A DNA stretch of 64,000 bases. It comes from Camelus ferus. Its lineage: Eukaryota. The stretch is from assembly GCF_009834535.1 (NCBI RefSeq), contig NC_045707.1, positions 61,134,001-61,198,000 of the forward strand, read 5' to 3'. Shown here piece by piece: positions 50,860 through 64,000 of this stretch; within the stretch, counting starts at the first letter, position 1; each line of letters opens with the position of its first letter. The notes below the pieces were generated by a model, which worked only from the letters and a program-made list of their open reading frames with translations, did no database searches and had not been told where the DNA came from. Both the position numbers and the translations under genes were made by a program.

Positions 50860-51075
50860 CAAAATATTGCTTTATTTGAAAATAGATGAAAATATAGATA
50901 ATAATTCAGTAGGTATAAGGATAAAGAATAACAATAAAACAAAAACCCATGTACCCAGCTAGTGTAAGAAAAGGAATGTTACAATTAACTCTGAAGTCTC
51001 CTGAGTATCCAGACTCTTTCTTCCTTCATTCTATGCCCCACCTCCAGAGGTGACTGCTGTCCTAAACTTTTAGTA
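50860..51075 (-). mobile_element. Old L1ME-type 3' fragment
   Basis: aataaaacaaaaacccatgtacccag...cctccagaggtgactgctgtcctaaacttt. Confidence 0.55.
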
Positions 51076-52039
51076 CATTGTTTAGTCTGGTTGCTTTCAT
51101 ATTAGAAATAAATGTGCCTGCTGTCATAATTAAAACACTGCTCTTTTTTTTGTAGAGAAGATAAGGTTAATTCCTGTTTAAAGCAACATTAATCTTTATT
51201 GATGGGCTAAAAGTCCATCAGGGGCATGATGGTCAGAGAGGTCAGACACGTTTATCTGCTCAAAATATATTCAAATCTTGGTAAGAGTTTTCATCGCCTT
51301 CCCTCAAAGGAGTAAATAATATGGGGATTTCAGGTTCCTTAGTGAGATGAATGAAGGAGAGGTTTTTTTGGCAGGCGCTGTTCTTACGGGTCCCTATATT
51401 CCCACTGGACCTCACATGCCGCTGTTGTTAATAAGACTCTTCAGTGGCTGGAGACGTGTTGCTGCCGAGAAGCGTGGGCCTGCAGTGTGAAGAAACATGG
51501 CCACAATTCCTGTTGTTTAAGTATCTGCTTCTTGTGGATTCATTGATTATGACAACAGCGTTAGCACCTGGTAGATTTTAAAGGCGTAAGCCATGTTAAA
51601 AGCCAGGATCAATCAGGCTGTTTTCCCACAGAAGAAAATGAAAGAAGTGACTTGTAGGTTACTCACAGCAAAGAGTTTGTTTGAGACCACAAGAGAGAAA
51701 GGTCTTCCTTCTAAGAACCTGATTGACCGCTTTGGGGACTTTCCAGAAGAAGGAAGGTTTGCTTTTGTTTTTCTTTCCTGTGGGCCTGGGTTTCCTACTT
51801 TTTCACTGCTCTTTTTCTCTGAGGAGGCCAAGTTTTTTTCTTTGCTCACCAGGGGTGAGCAAAGGTAATTTTTTCGAATACACTTAAAAGTGGGCCTGTC
51901 AGCTTTATTTGCCGTTGAATGGGTCTGACTCAATTTTCCAGTCATTGGAGATGGGTGTTCGTGTTCTGATTATTATATGAACAGCATCTATGCATTCATT
52001 TTATTCATGTTACATTACTTTTATTCATGTAGCCCATGT

Positions 52040-52200
52040 AGCACATTCATGAGCATCTAATATGTACTAGAAACTGGGAGCAGAGCAGTGTGCGGAACCG
52101 ACACTGTCCCTGCCTTCAAGAAGTTTATAGTCTATTGGGGGAGGCAGACATCAATTCCAGTTCAGTAAGGGCCATGAAAGAAAAGTATCCTTCTTAAGTG
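52040..52200 (-). mobile_element. L2 LINE 3' fragment
   Basis: gagcatctaatatgtactag...gtccctgccttcaagaagtttatagtctattgggggaggcagaca. Confidence 0.75.
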
Positions 52201-52676
52201 TTACAGAGGGGAGCCTCCTTTCCACCTGCTTCATATTTCCTTGAGGAAGGACATCAACTAATCCAGCGCTCCTGGCTTCTCTAAACGGGGCATGTCTATC
52301 TTAGCCCTTTCCTTCCCTCTGTTTTTGGGACGAGCCTGTCTGCTCTGAGCCTCGGCTGCTGAGTAGGAGGTGGGGTAGGGGTGGGGCCTTCCAGGTTTCC
52401 AGCACTGCTATGCCTGCTTATGTCTGTCTAACTCTGCAGTTCAGATTAGGAAACCCACTGCTGCCACGCAGCTCAGCTACTTTCCCCAACCCAGCCTTTC
52501 TCAGTACTGTGCTGACACTTGATCCTCATCTGCTTGACTTCATGATCTTCTCTAAATTAATTCAGAATTTGGATGGGAGATAAGATGCTATTATTGGTTC
52601 CTTCAAACCTCAACAGTAAGCATCAAACTTGATGCATATACCACGATGGTATACTGATAGAGTGTAATTTCTAGAC

Positions 52677-53115
52677 CAGGGGTTTTCAAATTCTGCTCCT
52701 CAAAGGAAGAAGGATTGGAGTGAGCAGGCAGGGTTGAATCCTCCTTCCTTCACAATGCCTTCAGCGAGAGCAGATTTGCTTGGGTCTATTGTATGTATTA
52801 GGCTTCCACACAAAAATTCTGAGGTTGAAGGAAGTTTAAGAACCAGGGCCTTAGCTTTCATACATTTTAGACCACAGTCCACAGTACACATAATTATGTT
52901 TTATATTATACATACTCATATGTATTAAATGCACGTATGTACGGACCTTACAGCCTCCATTCTGTTCCACTCAACTCTGTCCCATTCTATTTCTTTCCAT
53001 TCCAATCCAATCCATTCTATTCCTTTTCATTTTATACCATTAGAAAGAAAAGTTTGATTAAAACTCACTGAATTGATTCCACAACACTCATGACATGAAG
53101 TTTCAAAAATTCTGC
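52677..53115. mobile_element. Two adjacent hAT-Charlie MITE remnants (MER112-like, then MER113-like)
   Basis: caggggttttcaaattctgctcc...aagtttaagaacca; then (ccatt)n-rich segment ending gaagtttcaaaaattctg. Subfamilies uncertain. Confidence 0.5.
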
Positions 53116-55804
53116 TTCAGAACATGTTCATTTTTACCAAAAGGATGTACTCTGATGTCCTCTTGTCTATCCGTGACCCTCTCTTGATGGCATCTCTTTT
53201 GCTTTATGTGCCTCATTCCTTTTGAAGCTTAATATATTATTGGTTTTCTGAATGCATATATACTAGGGTTACACTTATAAAATTATGGTCCCTTCTGAGA
53301 AGGTATTTTTTCACCATTATTATTATTGCTGAAACTTTCAGCAACACCAAAATGAGGTATTACATTCCAAATCTGGCAAACATTACTAAATATTTCTCTT
53401 GAGGCTCACTTAAAACCGTATTATTATTACTGGCCTGTTTTGTTTTGTTTAGTGGAGTAATTTTCTATCAAATCACAGTAGTAAACAAAGCTGACAAAAA
53501 TTCTCAAGTTCATAGAATTTATATTTTCCTGGAGTGTTTCTTTTACATAAAAATATTCATAGGACTCCCATTTTAGACTGAATTACTTACGTGCACCGAT
53601 TCATCACCACCACCTCATTCTTGACAGTATGACATCCAGAAAATGGCAATGAGATGGGGATGAGGAAGGAAATATCATTTTTGTGCTTCAGCCAGTGCCT
53701 GGGCAGCTCGGGTCTGGGCGGAGTGTGAGTTTCGGAGCTGGGCAGACAGCGATCCTGAGCACAGGAAGGGCGAGGCGTTTAGAGGCATGAAAGATGCCCT
53801 GAAAGGGAAGTAAGAGGACATCAGAGTGAACACAGCCTCCCTGATGTAGCTTCGCACCAGCCCCAGCCCCTACCCTATGAAGCTGACTTCCAAGAAGTAA
53901 ACATTGGGAAGTCAACTCGTTAACTTCACTTTTGTCTCCAAGGTTGGGCATCTAGTTAAGAGAGCTTCTGAAAAGGGGCAAGTAATTTATTCCCAGAAGG
54001 AGAAGGAGGAATGTGCCTGTGTGGCAAAACTTGGCCTCCCTAGATGCCAGGTTGAGCCTTCTTTCTGCCTCCCTCCAGTCACTGCGTGTTTGCTTTAAGT
54101 GGACAGGAGAAAGAGGCAAACACAGGTGCTGTCTGCGTTGGCAGCAAGGCCTCTCCTCCAGATTCAGGCTCTCCCTGGATGGCACTGGCTGGTAACCACA
54201 AGAATGAAGATCTAATCAAGTGAGTGCTGGCTCTCTGCCCACCGCTAACTGGTTTTATTCAGCTTCTCCATTGTTGATAATGAAACACAAGTAAGCCTTC
54301 AGTTTCTTGCCTGCTGCTTCCAAAACCAGCATTGGCTGGAGGCTCCCTGACTTGCCACTTTGTGGTGTCATGGAAAGAGCACTTGCCTACAGTCAGCACA
54401 CCTGACTTCTTGCCCAGGTTTTGCCTCCAATATACTGTGCATGTTCCTTGACCTCCCTGTGCCTTTTTTTTTTCCCAGTTATTTTTGCACTTTTTTTTGT
54501 TGTCATTGTTTTGGGGATAGGTGATTCAGTTTGTTTGTTTGTTTGTTTTAATGAAGGTGCTGGGGAAAGCAGAAAGTACATAAATGAAATTCAAGGCTCT
54601 GTGTTAAAATCCTAAACAGTTGAAAAGTGTCCTGGAGGGGGCAAGGCATGGAGAGAGGCAGTAAGGAGAGATTTCTGGAAAGTGGCAGGGAGGGAGAGAG
54701 AGAGATCCTGCCTTCAGAACTTGTGTTCTGCTTAGGAGACGACAAGGCTGCTACACCAAGCGCCTCAAAGGGCACCAGAGCTCCAGGCCAGGCTGGCCTT
54801 GGTGCAGTGTGGGCAAGGCCTGGAGCCATGCAGGATGAGCAGTTCAGGGCTTGGAGTCCTGCCTGTGGGTGGGTGTGCGGCCTGGGCAGGTCCAGGCAGG
54901 GCTCCGAAGGCCCATCACCGAAGAATCACCCCCTCCACCCCAGCCCCGGAGGTGGCGGCGGATTAACAGTCAGCAACACTTCATTAGCCGGGGTTCCTGG
55001 CTCACTAGTTGAAGCCATTAGGGACTGATAGGTCCTCAGGGCTCCCTCAGTCCCAAGTTCGTTTCTACTTTCTTGCCTAAGGCCACAGGCTTCCCTCCCC
55101 TAACTGAGACAGGAACCCGGAAGACTTCCCGGCCAGCGTTTCTCTCCCACTGTCACGGTTTCCTGAAAGTGGAGACTTTGCCTTGGCTCCCAGACCCAAT
55201 CCTCCTGCCACACTTCGCAGTTCCCGGTCAGTCATGGAAAGAGGAACATGCCTAAAAATAACCACCGGCTGGCCCACAAAGTTCAGTGGGGTGCAGCCGC
55301 AGCCAGTGGAGAAAGTCTGAAGTCTGCCCCTGTGGTTCTGGAGACTCAGCTGTGGCACACTCACCAGAAGGGCCCTTCAAGCCATGCTATTGTCAGTGTC
55401 TCTCAGGGCAGCCTTTGCAAAGGCAAGTTCCCCCTGCCTGCGAGTTACTGAGGTCACCCAAGGAAAGCAGCTTGAGGAACAATAGGAAGAAGAAGAAGAA
55501 AGTTTGCTTATGCCTTTTTGTTGCCCCTCTTTTTCCCTGCATCCTTCCTCTGTCTCCCCAGAAGCCCCATCCACTCCCACATCAGCCAGGTAACTTCTGT
55601 GCTCTCCCTGGATGCCTGGAGACTTGCACGGTTCCCTGTGCCAGTCTTTCCTAATATCCCATTGTCTTGGATCTCACTCTCTTTTCTGCATCAAAACTAA
55701 CAAATCTGTCCTTCAGGGAAGCAAGCTAATCTGATAAGTGAACTCACAATAAAGTACAAAGGACGATGGTTTAAAAATTACCTTTTATACAGAGGATGGA
55801 GCAT

Positions 55805-56470
55805 TGTTTTAAATTGTGGTTAAAAACACGTTTCGTAAAATTTACCATCTTAATCATTTTTAAGTGTGCAGTTCAGCACTGATACTATATTCACATGGTT
55901 GTGAAACAGGTCTCCAGAACTTCCTTCATCTCGCAGAACTGAAACTCTATATCCATTGAACAAGTCTCCCTTTCCCCCTTCCTGCAACCTCCACTAGCCA
56001 CCATTCTGCTTTCTATATCTGTGAATTTGACTACTTTAGATACTTCATGTAAATAGAATAATACTATGTTTGTCCTTAGGTGGCTTGCTCGGGGTTCATC
56101 CACGTAGCATATGACAGGATTTTCTGCCTTCTTCAGTCTGCATACTATTCCATTGTTTTGTTTATCCATTCATCCATTGGTGAACATTTGGGTTGCTTCC
56201 ACCATTTGGCTATTGTCAATAGTGCTGCTATAAACATGGATATGAGGATATTTCTTTGAGACCCTGCTTTCAATGCTTTTGAATATATATCCAGAAATAG
56301 AATTGCTTGATCACATGGTAATTCTATCTTGAATTTTTTTCAGGAACTGCCATACTGTTTTTCATAGCAGTTGTAACATCTTACCAGTCCTATCAATAGT
56401 GCACAAGGGTTCCAACCAGTTATCCTATTTTTTTTTAAGTAGCCATCCTAATAGGTATGAGAGTATCATT
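55805..56470 (-). mobile_element. L1MA/MB-type 3' fragment
   Basis: aaaatttaccatcttaatcatttttaagtgtgcagttcag...ctccagaacttccttcatctcgcagaactgaaactctatatccattgaaca...ttggctattgtcaatagtgctgctat. Confidence 0.92.
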
Positions 56471-57939
56471 GAGTTTTATCAGAATATTTTAATGCTTCAG
56501 CCTAAAGGAATAGTGATGGCATTAATTTCAGACTCTGGCACAGGCCATGGCGAGTTATTAGATGTTTTGGTTTAGAATTCTTATTGCGTCCTTTAAATCA
56601 CATGACATAGACTTCAGCAGAGTCATTATGTCACCTGAGTACCTCACCTTTCCTGAGATCTAGATAAAAATGCCTTTTCTATATCCCATTCTAGAATTGA
56701 GAAAAGTCAGATTCATGACACAGGATAATGCAAATTTCTCGAAGACTTATGCCCCATAACCTCATCTCTGGCTCCTGGGCTTTGCTTATGTTATGGATTT
56801 TTTAAAAACCTGCTGACTTTACCATTCTTGTTTTGTTCCACATGAACACAGACACAGATTTTCTTTCCTCGGTTTCCATAGAAATAGCCGCTCACTCATA
56901 GTTTTTCTATATACAGTAGAGTTCACTGAAGTTTTGAGGAAGGGCTTACATTGCAGAAAGGCTGACTACTGGAAGTGGAATATTAGCACTCCCATTCCCA
57001 AAAGTTCTTTGGACTATCCTGCCTCAGAGCGTTTGTTTTCCCTGCTGTCTCGCCACTCTGTACAGCCCCACTCACCATTTTGCTGTCTCCTCTTTTCCTT
57101 TCCCTTCCCTGACTTTTCACCCTGGCCTTTTCTGACTCCTGGTTAGCCAGGGCTGCGTGCCGCACCAACCAGAACCATGTGGGACTGATGTGTTCTCAGC
57201 CTGAGGTTCATGCCTCATCCTCTCCAAGCCCAACAGACGGGAACTCAAAAGCCTGGGCCAAAGCATCTCTTCAGCTATAATGGTTTCCCAAAGCTGAAGC
57301 CTTTGTCTCGACTTCTCGGCCCAGTTCTCCGTCCTCGTCCACAGTTCCTGGGTATGCCAGACTCTCCTTTCTCACAGTTCAACTCCCTCCAAACTCCACA
57401 GTTAAGCCCTCTTTTGCAAGTCCCAAATCTCAAAAGGTTCACCTAAATGAAATACTCATTACCCATTTACGAGCTCAAAAGACTAGTGGAGACCTGGAGT
57501 TTTCCTTTAGCAGGTCTGCCCACCTTCTTTGGGAAGGTAATGATTTGAAGTAGCATTTGTTTTTCTTCTGATACCCAAAAAATCACTGTGGTTTACTGTT
57601 GCTGACAACCATTCTGTCTGCATGCATTTGGGAAATCTTCTTGGAGCAGGTGACTCTTGAAAAAAAGATAGGATTCTGACAAATGTGTTTCCTTTCTTTC
57701 TTTCTTTTTCCCTTCCTGCTAAACCCAAGGCAAGCTGTGGACCCAGTTAGGAATGTTTCCTAAATCTGCTCCACATGATGTTGGCTTTTGAACTTGGGCA
57801 ACTGTTTTGTGTCTTATTCCCACTCGGTGGTTGCTGTTTGTAGCAGGAGGCTAGCAGGAGGCCAGCAGGAATATTAGCTGTAATATTATATTCCTTGATT
57901 TCACTGTATGGTCAAGATCCCTCCCATACTCCCCATCCC

Positions 57940-58195
57940 CCCTGGGTAACTTCTGCTAGTCCTAGATTTCAGCATAAATCTTATTTCCTCTGGGAAACTT
58001 TCTTCGACCCCAGGAGACTGGGTGAGGTGCCCATGGTACTTATCACTGAAGATAGTAATTGGATCTGTCCTCCTTCATCTTGTCGGTCATCTCTAGATTT
58101 GGGTCGATGTCTTGACCATCATTGGACCCACAACACCTAGCACCTGGAATAGAAGGCAACCAATGCATATTTGTTGAAAGAGTAAGTGATTAAAT
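57940..58195 (+). mobile_element. L2 LINE 3' fragment
   Basis: tttcctctgggaaactttcttcgacccc...cacaacacctagcac...aatgcatatttgttgaa. Confidence 0.65.
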
Positions 58196-59689
58196 AGATG
58201 GGCAACTGGGAAATAGCTATTTTCAAGGCTTCCTTAAACTAAATCCACATCCTTTATTGAATATTTTCTATGTGGGAAATCTAAGTTAGGGTTGCTTAAA
58301 ATATGTAAGTGTTAATTGTGGCTATGGAAAAATGCTTTATTAAGGATTATATTTTTGGAGAGTCAACCAAATAAAGCTTAAGCATTCTGTGGAAGAATAC
58401 AGTAGAGATTTTTTCCTCCCAGAGGCCAACTTGTTCAGCTTTGAATCTTGATTTCTCTTACATCTTTGATCACTAGGTTATAGACTTTATGGTGTCATCA
58501 AAACTAAAGGGGATAAAAGATTTGCCATTAAGGAATGGGGCCCTGTGAGTATCTTAGTCCACTCTCCACGTGATATATAAGTGACATACAGGTGTGTGTC
58601 TGCATAAAAATTTATAGATTAGAGATACCTGTTTTCAAATGCCGTAGATGTCATTATTTTATTGGTATATAATGTTTATAAGAACTGGCATCACTTTGGG
58701 TTAATCACATTGGGTTAATGATTTTTCAGATTTTTGAGATAGACTCTTAGAAATAAGATCCGGATACTACTCATTCCATTACTTTTCCCACTATTTTTGA
58801 TTGCTCATTCTGCAGGTGTTAGTTTTGGCCTTGACATAGTCCTTAAAACACTTCTTTGTTAATACTCCCAATTGGAAATAACAGGAGAAAATTAAACATA
58901 ACAACAACAAATGATTGATTTTTGAGCCATTGTTTGGTGTTTCATATTAATAATTTTTTTTTACTTCTATGAAATATATCAGGCATACCAAAAGGACATA
59001 GTAACATTTCACTTGAATGTAACTAAGCCATCACATTAATTTGATTTTTTTCCTCATCTAGAACACTTTTTCCTTTTCAATGCTTGCCAGGATTATCAGA
59101 AAGCATTACTATTTCACCCAACAAAAGTATGATTTCTGAGACAGTGACAAAAATGTTTATCTTTTCTATGAAAATTTTCAAAATAAGATTGCAGTTAAAT
59201 GCAGTCACTCAAAAATATACGCCCTGACTATATAAACCAAGATTAGAAAATGAAAGCTCCCTTACATCCTAGAATTATCAATGAGAAGCCATGGGGACTA
59301 TTTTACATATGATATTTTAAAAGTTCTTCCATCATGTGAATACACTGATCTTTATAAAGTAGGTCAAGGGTAATCTTGACGCATCAAAATCACAAAGGAC
59401 AACTGTGTCCTCAACTGTTCTGAACCTCAGAATATGAGCTTTTGAGTGGGTTCTAAACTTGCAAACTATAGCTCCCACCCTCACTAATACACTTGATAAA
59501 AGTGATACTACATTTTATTCTTTCATTTATTTGATCAGTATTTGTTGACTTCCCATAGGTGCCAGAACCTGTGAGAGGTGCAGGCAGAGGTCCGTGGAGT
59601 TGGCCATGACATCTGTCCACGTGCTGCTTGTTGTCTAGTGTGATTCTCCATCCATCAGAGTCGTAGCCTTCCTCTTGGTGAAGCAGTGC

Positions 59690-60050
59690 ATTGAACTGAA
59701 TAATAGAATTACTTCTCATCTTTAACATGGAAATAATAGGAACTATCTTACAGGGTTATTGTGAAATTTAGGTGTGATAATATACATAAAGTGTTAGAAC
59801 TTTAGTGCATGGCATGTAATAGGTGCTCAGTAAACTTTAGTTAAAAAAATTAAATTAAAAAATCATAGAACTATACAGTTGTGAGAGATCTTACAGTTTG
59901 TCTAACAATTCAACCTCCTCAATTTAAGGTTGGGGAATTGGATTCTCAGCGAGATTAAGGAACTTACTCAAAGTTATAGTTTTATTGTTCACAGGAGAAA
60001 CAGTGGAACCCAAGATCTCTTGATTTCTACCTCACTGAAATTTTCACTGT
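59690..60050. mobile_element. MIR (+) followed by MIR3-like (-) fragment
   Basis: tctcatctttaacatggaaataatag...gttattgtgaa...taataggtgctcagtaaa; then gagattaaggaacttactcaaagttatag. Confidence 0.7.
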
Positions 60051-61135
60051 AGTCGCTGCCAGAGGAGTTGTGGGTGGGAGGAAGAAACAGTGATAGTTCC
60101 AAGCACGTGGCAGATACTCAATAAATGCTTATTGCATCAATATATAACAAAATCATTACCTCAAGGAAAAAATCTAACAGTGTTAAGAGCTTTCGAAAGC
60201 CTGATGACACACGGTTGGGTGTTTTTATTCTAGTTGAGCGTAGTCTGATTTCTTAAAGATATCACATTGGCGGGTGGTTTATGGATGGGGTGATTTGCTT
60301 GGGTTGAGTCCATGTAAAACACAGGCCATGCAAACAACCCCGCCATTGTTTCTTGATCAGGTGTGGTCTCCTCCCCACTTACCAGGCTTTGGCTGTGAGA
60401 CGGGCTCACTCTGGCCGCAGTTTCCAAGATTACCAGAGAAACATCCTCTTGGTTACGGAGATTTGAAAAGCTGAGAAAAAGTCTTCCTTGTTTTCAGCTC
60501 GATCTATTTCATCTCTGAAAATATTGAGGAGATATGAACAAGTGACAAGTTCTCAATGCATTCCTATAGACAGCATCCAGGGAGAGCCTGAGCTACCCGG
60601 TGTGAGCACATAAACCTTTAAAGTCCTAGGAATCACACAACGTTTTAATCCACTATTTAGGGAACAAAGCAGCAATAACCTGATGTGGCTCCAAAGAGGA
60701 AAATAACTTTCTTTTCTGAAAGAGAACGAAGTTCTGTCTGTGCTTGCCTCTCCTCACACCTTCAAGATCATGAAAGGATCTTGCGGTACCCTGTGTGGTT
60801 TTGGGGGGAGTGGGGCAGGGGGAGGGGGGTGATCAGCTGGAGTTACTGCCTAAAAAGCTGCACACCTCTTTTAAGGTTTCAGTCACAGACTTGAAGGAAA
60901 TAGTGAAATCACCAGCTAAGCAGCCTGTAGGCCTTAGATGAGCAATTGTCCCACTTAGGAAAAGAGAAGAAGGAGTAAGGAAAGCACAGTGGAATCAGGG
61001 TCAGTATCAATTATTTTTGGGTAAGGATCGATTATATGAATGATGATTTTCATCCTTGAATTTCAGAGACAAGCCTCTTAACTGTAAGCATAATTATCCT
61101 TTGCCTGTTTTGTGCAGTAATAGTACAGTGTAGGG

Positions 61136-61356
61136 CAGTGATTCCTGGTGGGTGGAAGGTTGGTGTTTTGACTCCCCTCTTGTCTCCCATCACAAGACAT
61201 TTGGTAGTTACAACCCATGGTGGGTGGTGATGCTATTGGCATCTAGTGGGTGGAGCCAGGGATGCTGCTAAACATCTTACCGTGCACAGGACAGTCCCCG
61301 CCTCTAAAGAATTATTCTCTCTAAAATGTCAGTGGTGCCAAGATTGAGAAACCCTG
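61136..61356 (+). mobile_element. MER20 hAT-Charlie MITE inserted at the 5' end of a MIR
   Basis: tggcatctagtgggtggagccagggatgctgctaaacatctta...aaaatgtcagtggtgccaagattgagaaaccctg. Degenerate 8-bp TSD gtgtaggg/gtatagga. Confidence 0.9.
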
Positions 61357-61630
61357 GTATAGGAGCTAAACGCTTCATTTCTGCAGACAGCCTGGCTGAG
61401 TTTCGCTTCATAACTGATGGCCTTGTACAAATTACTTAACATCTGTCCCTCAATTCCCCATCTGTAAAATGAATAGTAGTCGTTATTTTCCTTATAATAT
61501 TTTTATGTGGATTAAATGAGTGTGTACATAGATATGTGTATATATAGATATACACGTGCCTATAAAATATTTCTCAGAACAGTGCCCAGTACATAGTCAA
61601 AACCATGCAAATATTTGTTGTTATTTTTAT
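61357..61630 (+). mobile_element. MIR SINE
   Basis: ccttgtacaaattacttaacatctgtccctcaattccccatctgtaaaatg...ggattaaatgag...agaacagtgcccagtacatagt. Confidence 0.85.
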
Positions 61631-62789
61631 GCAAAACAGCACGGATTATATATATAAGTACCAGCAGAACAAAAGAATCTCTGCACAAGTATGTTTTTTG
61701 AGGAGAACTTCATTAAAAAACCACCTTATAAGGTGATGATCAATATAGACTGATTCCTTTTGATGTGACCCATAAGATTGGAATCTGAGTGATAATGAAC
61801 CTTGCTGTCACACTGTCACTGCTTTACTCCTTTCCTACAGCTGATTTAGTGCTGTGGCTTTGAAATGGAAAAGATGTCAGCGCACATTCTAGCACACTGT
61901 GTGTGCTTGGGTGGTGTTTGAGTTTACTAAGTAAATCATGCTTTCAAGATTCTTGAAAGACCTAAGATAGTGAATTCCCTAAGTGGATATGGAACTGTGA
62001 GATGGGGGACAGGGAAATGGATGTACAGTTGAAAATTAACCACTCACTTGGCAGGGCTGCTGGTGTCCAAAAGAAGTAGAAGCACTTGGCCTTTAAGGCA
62101 GCAAAGATAAAAACTCTAAAAGGCCAGAGTCTGACAAAAGACCTTAAAAGCCAAAGGTGGTGTTACTTGTGGACAGAGCCAATGCATTATTGTGTAATTT
62201 ATTCTCCCATTAATTGTAGAGTTGAAGATGCCAAAGGGGAACGTTTAAGTGCAGATGACAAATTATAGGTGTTCAGCAGGGAAAAGAGGCCTGAATTGGC
62301 TGAACTGACCTGTCTGAATACTATGCCCAGAATTATATTTAATCTAGTGGTTTTGATTTGCATGAGCGTCTGAAAATATCTCTGCTAAGCTTGGTTAAAT
62401 AGTCCTTGACCTTGAGGGTCTTGTTTTATGCTCTAGATAATTACAGCAGCCAGGGGACCCACTCTGGCTTTTCCCTATCCTAGATTCTTTCTCTCAGAAT
62501 GAAAGTTTTAATTAAGAAGACATTTAACATCAGGGCCTGTAGGCAGTTTCACGAAGCCTCAGGAGACCAACTTAAAAGTCACAGTTTCAGGCCAGCATGT
62601 GATAAGTGCCTATCTACATTAAGTATTTGTGAACCTAGCCGAAGATATTTACAGTAATACTGAGATCCTCCAAAGCTCCATAAAATGTGCCTTTATGTTG
62701 TATACTCACTTCTAAGCTCAAAGGGCTGAAATCCACCTGATTCTATAGTCTCTTACCAGTAAAATGAGAGGTCACAGAGAACACATTAA

Positions 62790-63000
62790 GGATAATAACT
62801 ACTCTTTTTGAATACCTAGTATAAGCATAATCAGGTACTGTGTGAGGTCTTTTAGATATTTAAAACGTATATAAAACTGCCCATTTTGTAGACAGTAAAA
62901 CCAACGTTCAGAGAAGTCAGGTGATTTGCTCAAAATTGTAGAGCTGGTAAGTTATGGGGTCAGGATTTGGATGAAGGTCTGTCTCTCTAATGACGTTTCT
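62790..63000 (-). mobile_element. MIR SINE
   Basis: cccattttgtagacag...ttcagagaagtcaggtgatttgctcaa...agctggtaagt...caggatttg. Confidence 0.75.
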
Positions 63001-63199
63001 GCTTTATCTAGTTATCTCTTGAGAAATTAACACATAAAATAAAGCTCTCAGGCACTACCACTGTCCTAGGAGTCTCTGAATGATGAAGAATTTGAGGTGG
63101 GTCATGTCTGGGGCTGGGGATCCGTTCATCTGGAAATTAACCAAAACCTTATGTCCTCTTCTGATATTTTAAAATATGGGGATCCCAAATTTTGAACAA

Positions 63200-64000
63200 T
63201 CATCCCCACTGCCTTGTCACTTACCTTAATGCAGATAACATCAGAGGGACACAAAAAATATCTCTAAGTCACAGAAGAACAATGTGCCAACACATATCCT
63301 GTAGATCCTATCTCCAAAATATATTCAGAGCTGGATTATTTCTTCCCATCCCCTCTACTGTCAACTGTGTTTAAGTCTTCATCATTCTTGTCTGGAAAAT
63401 TGCAATAGCTTCCTAACTGGTTTTCCTGTTCCTACTCTCATATCCCTACAGAACACTCTCCTCAAAGCACTTGGGATGGTCCCTTAAAAAGGTAAATCTG
63501 ATTATGTCACTCTTTGCTCAACATCCTCCAATGGCCCTGACAGTGCATTCAGAATAAAATCCAAACAACTTTGCATTTACTTTCAAGGTCCAGTGTTCAC
63601 TCCTGCTACCCTCCAAGCTCTCCTTTGCTCCAGGCTCTTGGTACTTGCCATACTTGTAATGCCTAAAAGGTTCTTCCCACAGCTCTTTGCCTGGCAGCCT
63701 TCTTTCGCCACTCAGGTACCAGTCCATATTGCCAGTACTGTGGAGATGACTTGCCCCCTGGCCAACCTAAGTGAAAATAATCACATCCCAACCTCCATCC
63801 ACCTGTCAGACATACAGCTCTCCTTCATGGCACTTTTTTTTTTTTCTTTAGAGCATTTGTCATCAATCACATTTCCTCCTTTATATACGTGTTTATTATC
63901 TATCTCTCTCCTCTTAGAAGTTAAAGATTTTGTCCTCACTGCTGCTGAATCCCCCAAATCTAGTAACAGGGCTGGGTCGTAATAAGCATTTAATAAATAC
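63200..64000 (+). mobile_element. L2 LINE 3' portion (runs to window end)
   Basis: tgcaatagcttcctaactggttttcctg...aaatctgattatgtcactctttgctcaacatcctccaatggc...tcagaataaaatccaaa...gcatttaataaatac. Confidence 0.9.

Noticed and set aside
51593..51945. Overlapping 91-aa and 110-aa ORFs
   Set aside because: Compositional (T/F-rich versus K/S-rich) with no recognisable homology or splice support.
53585..53640. Minus-strand donor CAC|GTAAGT with an upstream open stretch
   Set aside because: The pyrimidine tract ends in TGG rather than AG, so there is no acceptor.
57841..57870. Short 11-bp tandem repeat (tagcaggaggc) x ~2.7
   Set aside because: Ordinary micro-duplication with no further structure.

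Overview
This is mammalian (eutherian) non-coding DNA with a high load of interspersed repeats. Ancient families are present (MIR, L2, MaLR MLT1 LTRs, a MER21 ERVL LTR, hAT MITEs, L1M fragments), along with younger L1 copies. The young L1 3' tails (…ttgaagtRtaRtcagtttacaatg…) resemble cetartiodactyl, probably camelid, L1 from memory; I saw no Alu, B1, Bov-tA, PRE-1, SINEC or ERE SINEs, so the taxon is an inference. I could not identify any intact protein-coding gene, RNA gene or CRISPR-like array, and the only ORFs with recognisable homology are broken L1 ORF2 pieces. L1 orientation bias and several + strand splice-signal clusters suggest a large intron of a + strand gene, which I cannot name. 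I found no convincing new biological system. The best-supported oddities are: a near-identical 68-bp unique-sequence direct repeat 1.36 kb apart; a 3.56-kb L1 with no poly(A) or TSD that splits a MER5 element; several ultra-short TSD-flanked L1-tail insertions, plus a longer one with a candidate 3' transduction; a templated fold-back insertion inside L1; and a few promoter-, enhancer- or microexon-like motif clusters. Repeat subfamily names come from recalled consensus sequences and need RepeatMasker/Dfam confirmation. Boundaries of old repeats are approximate.
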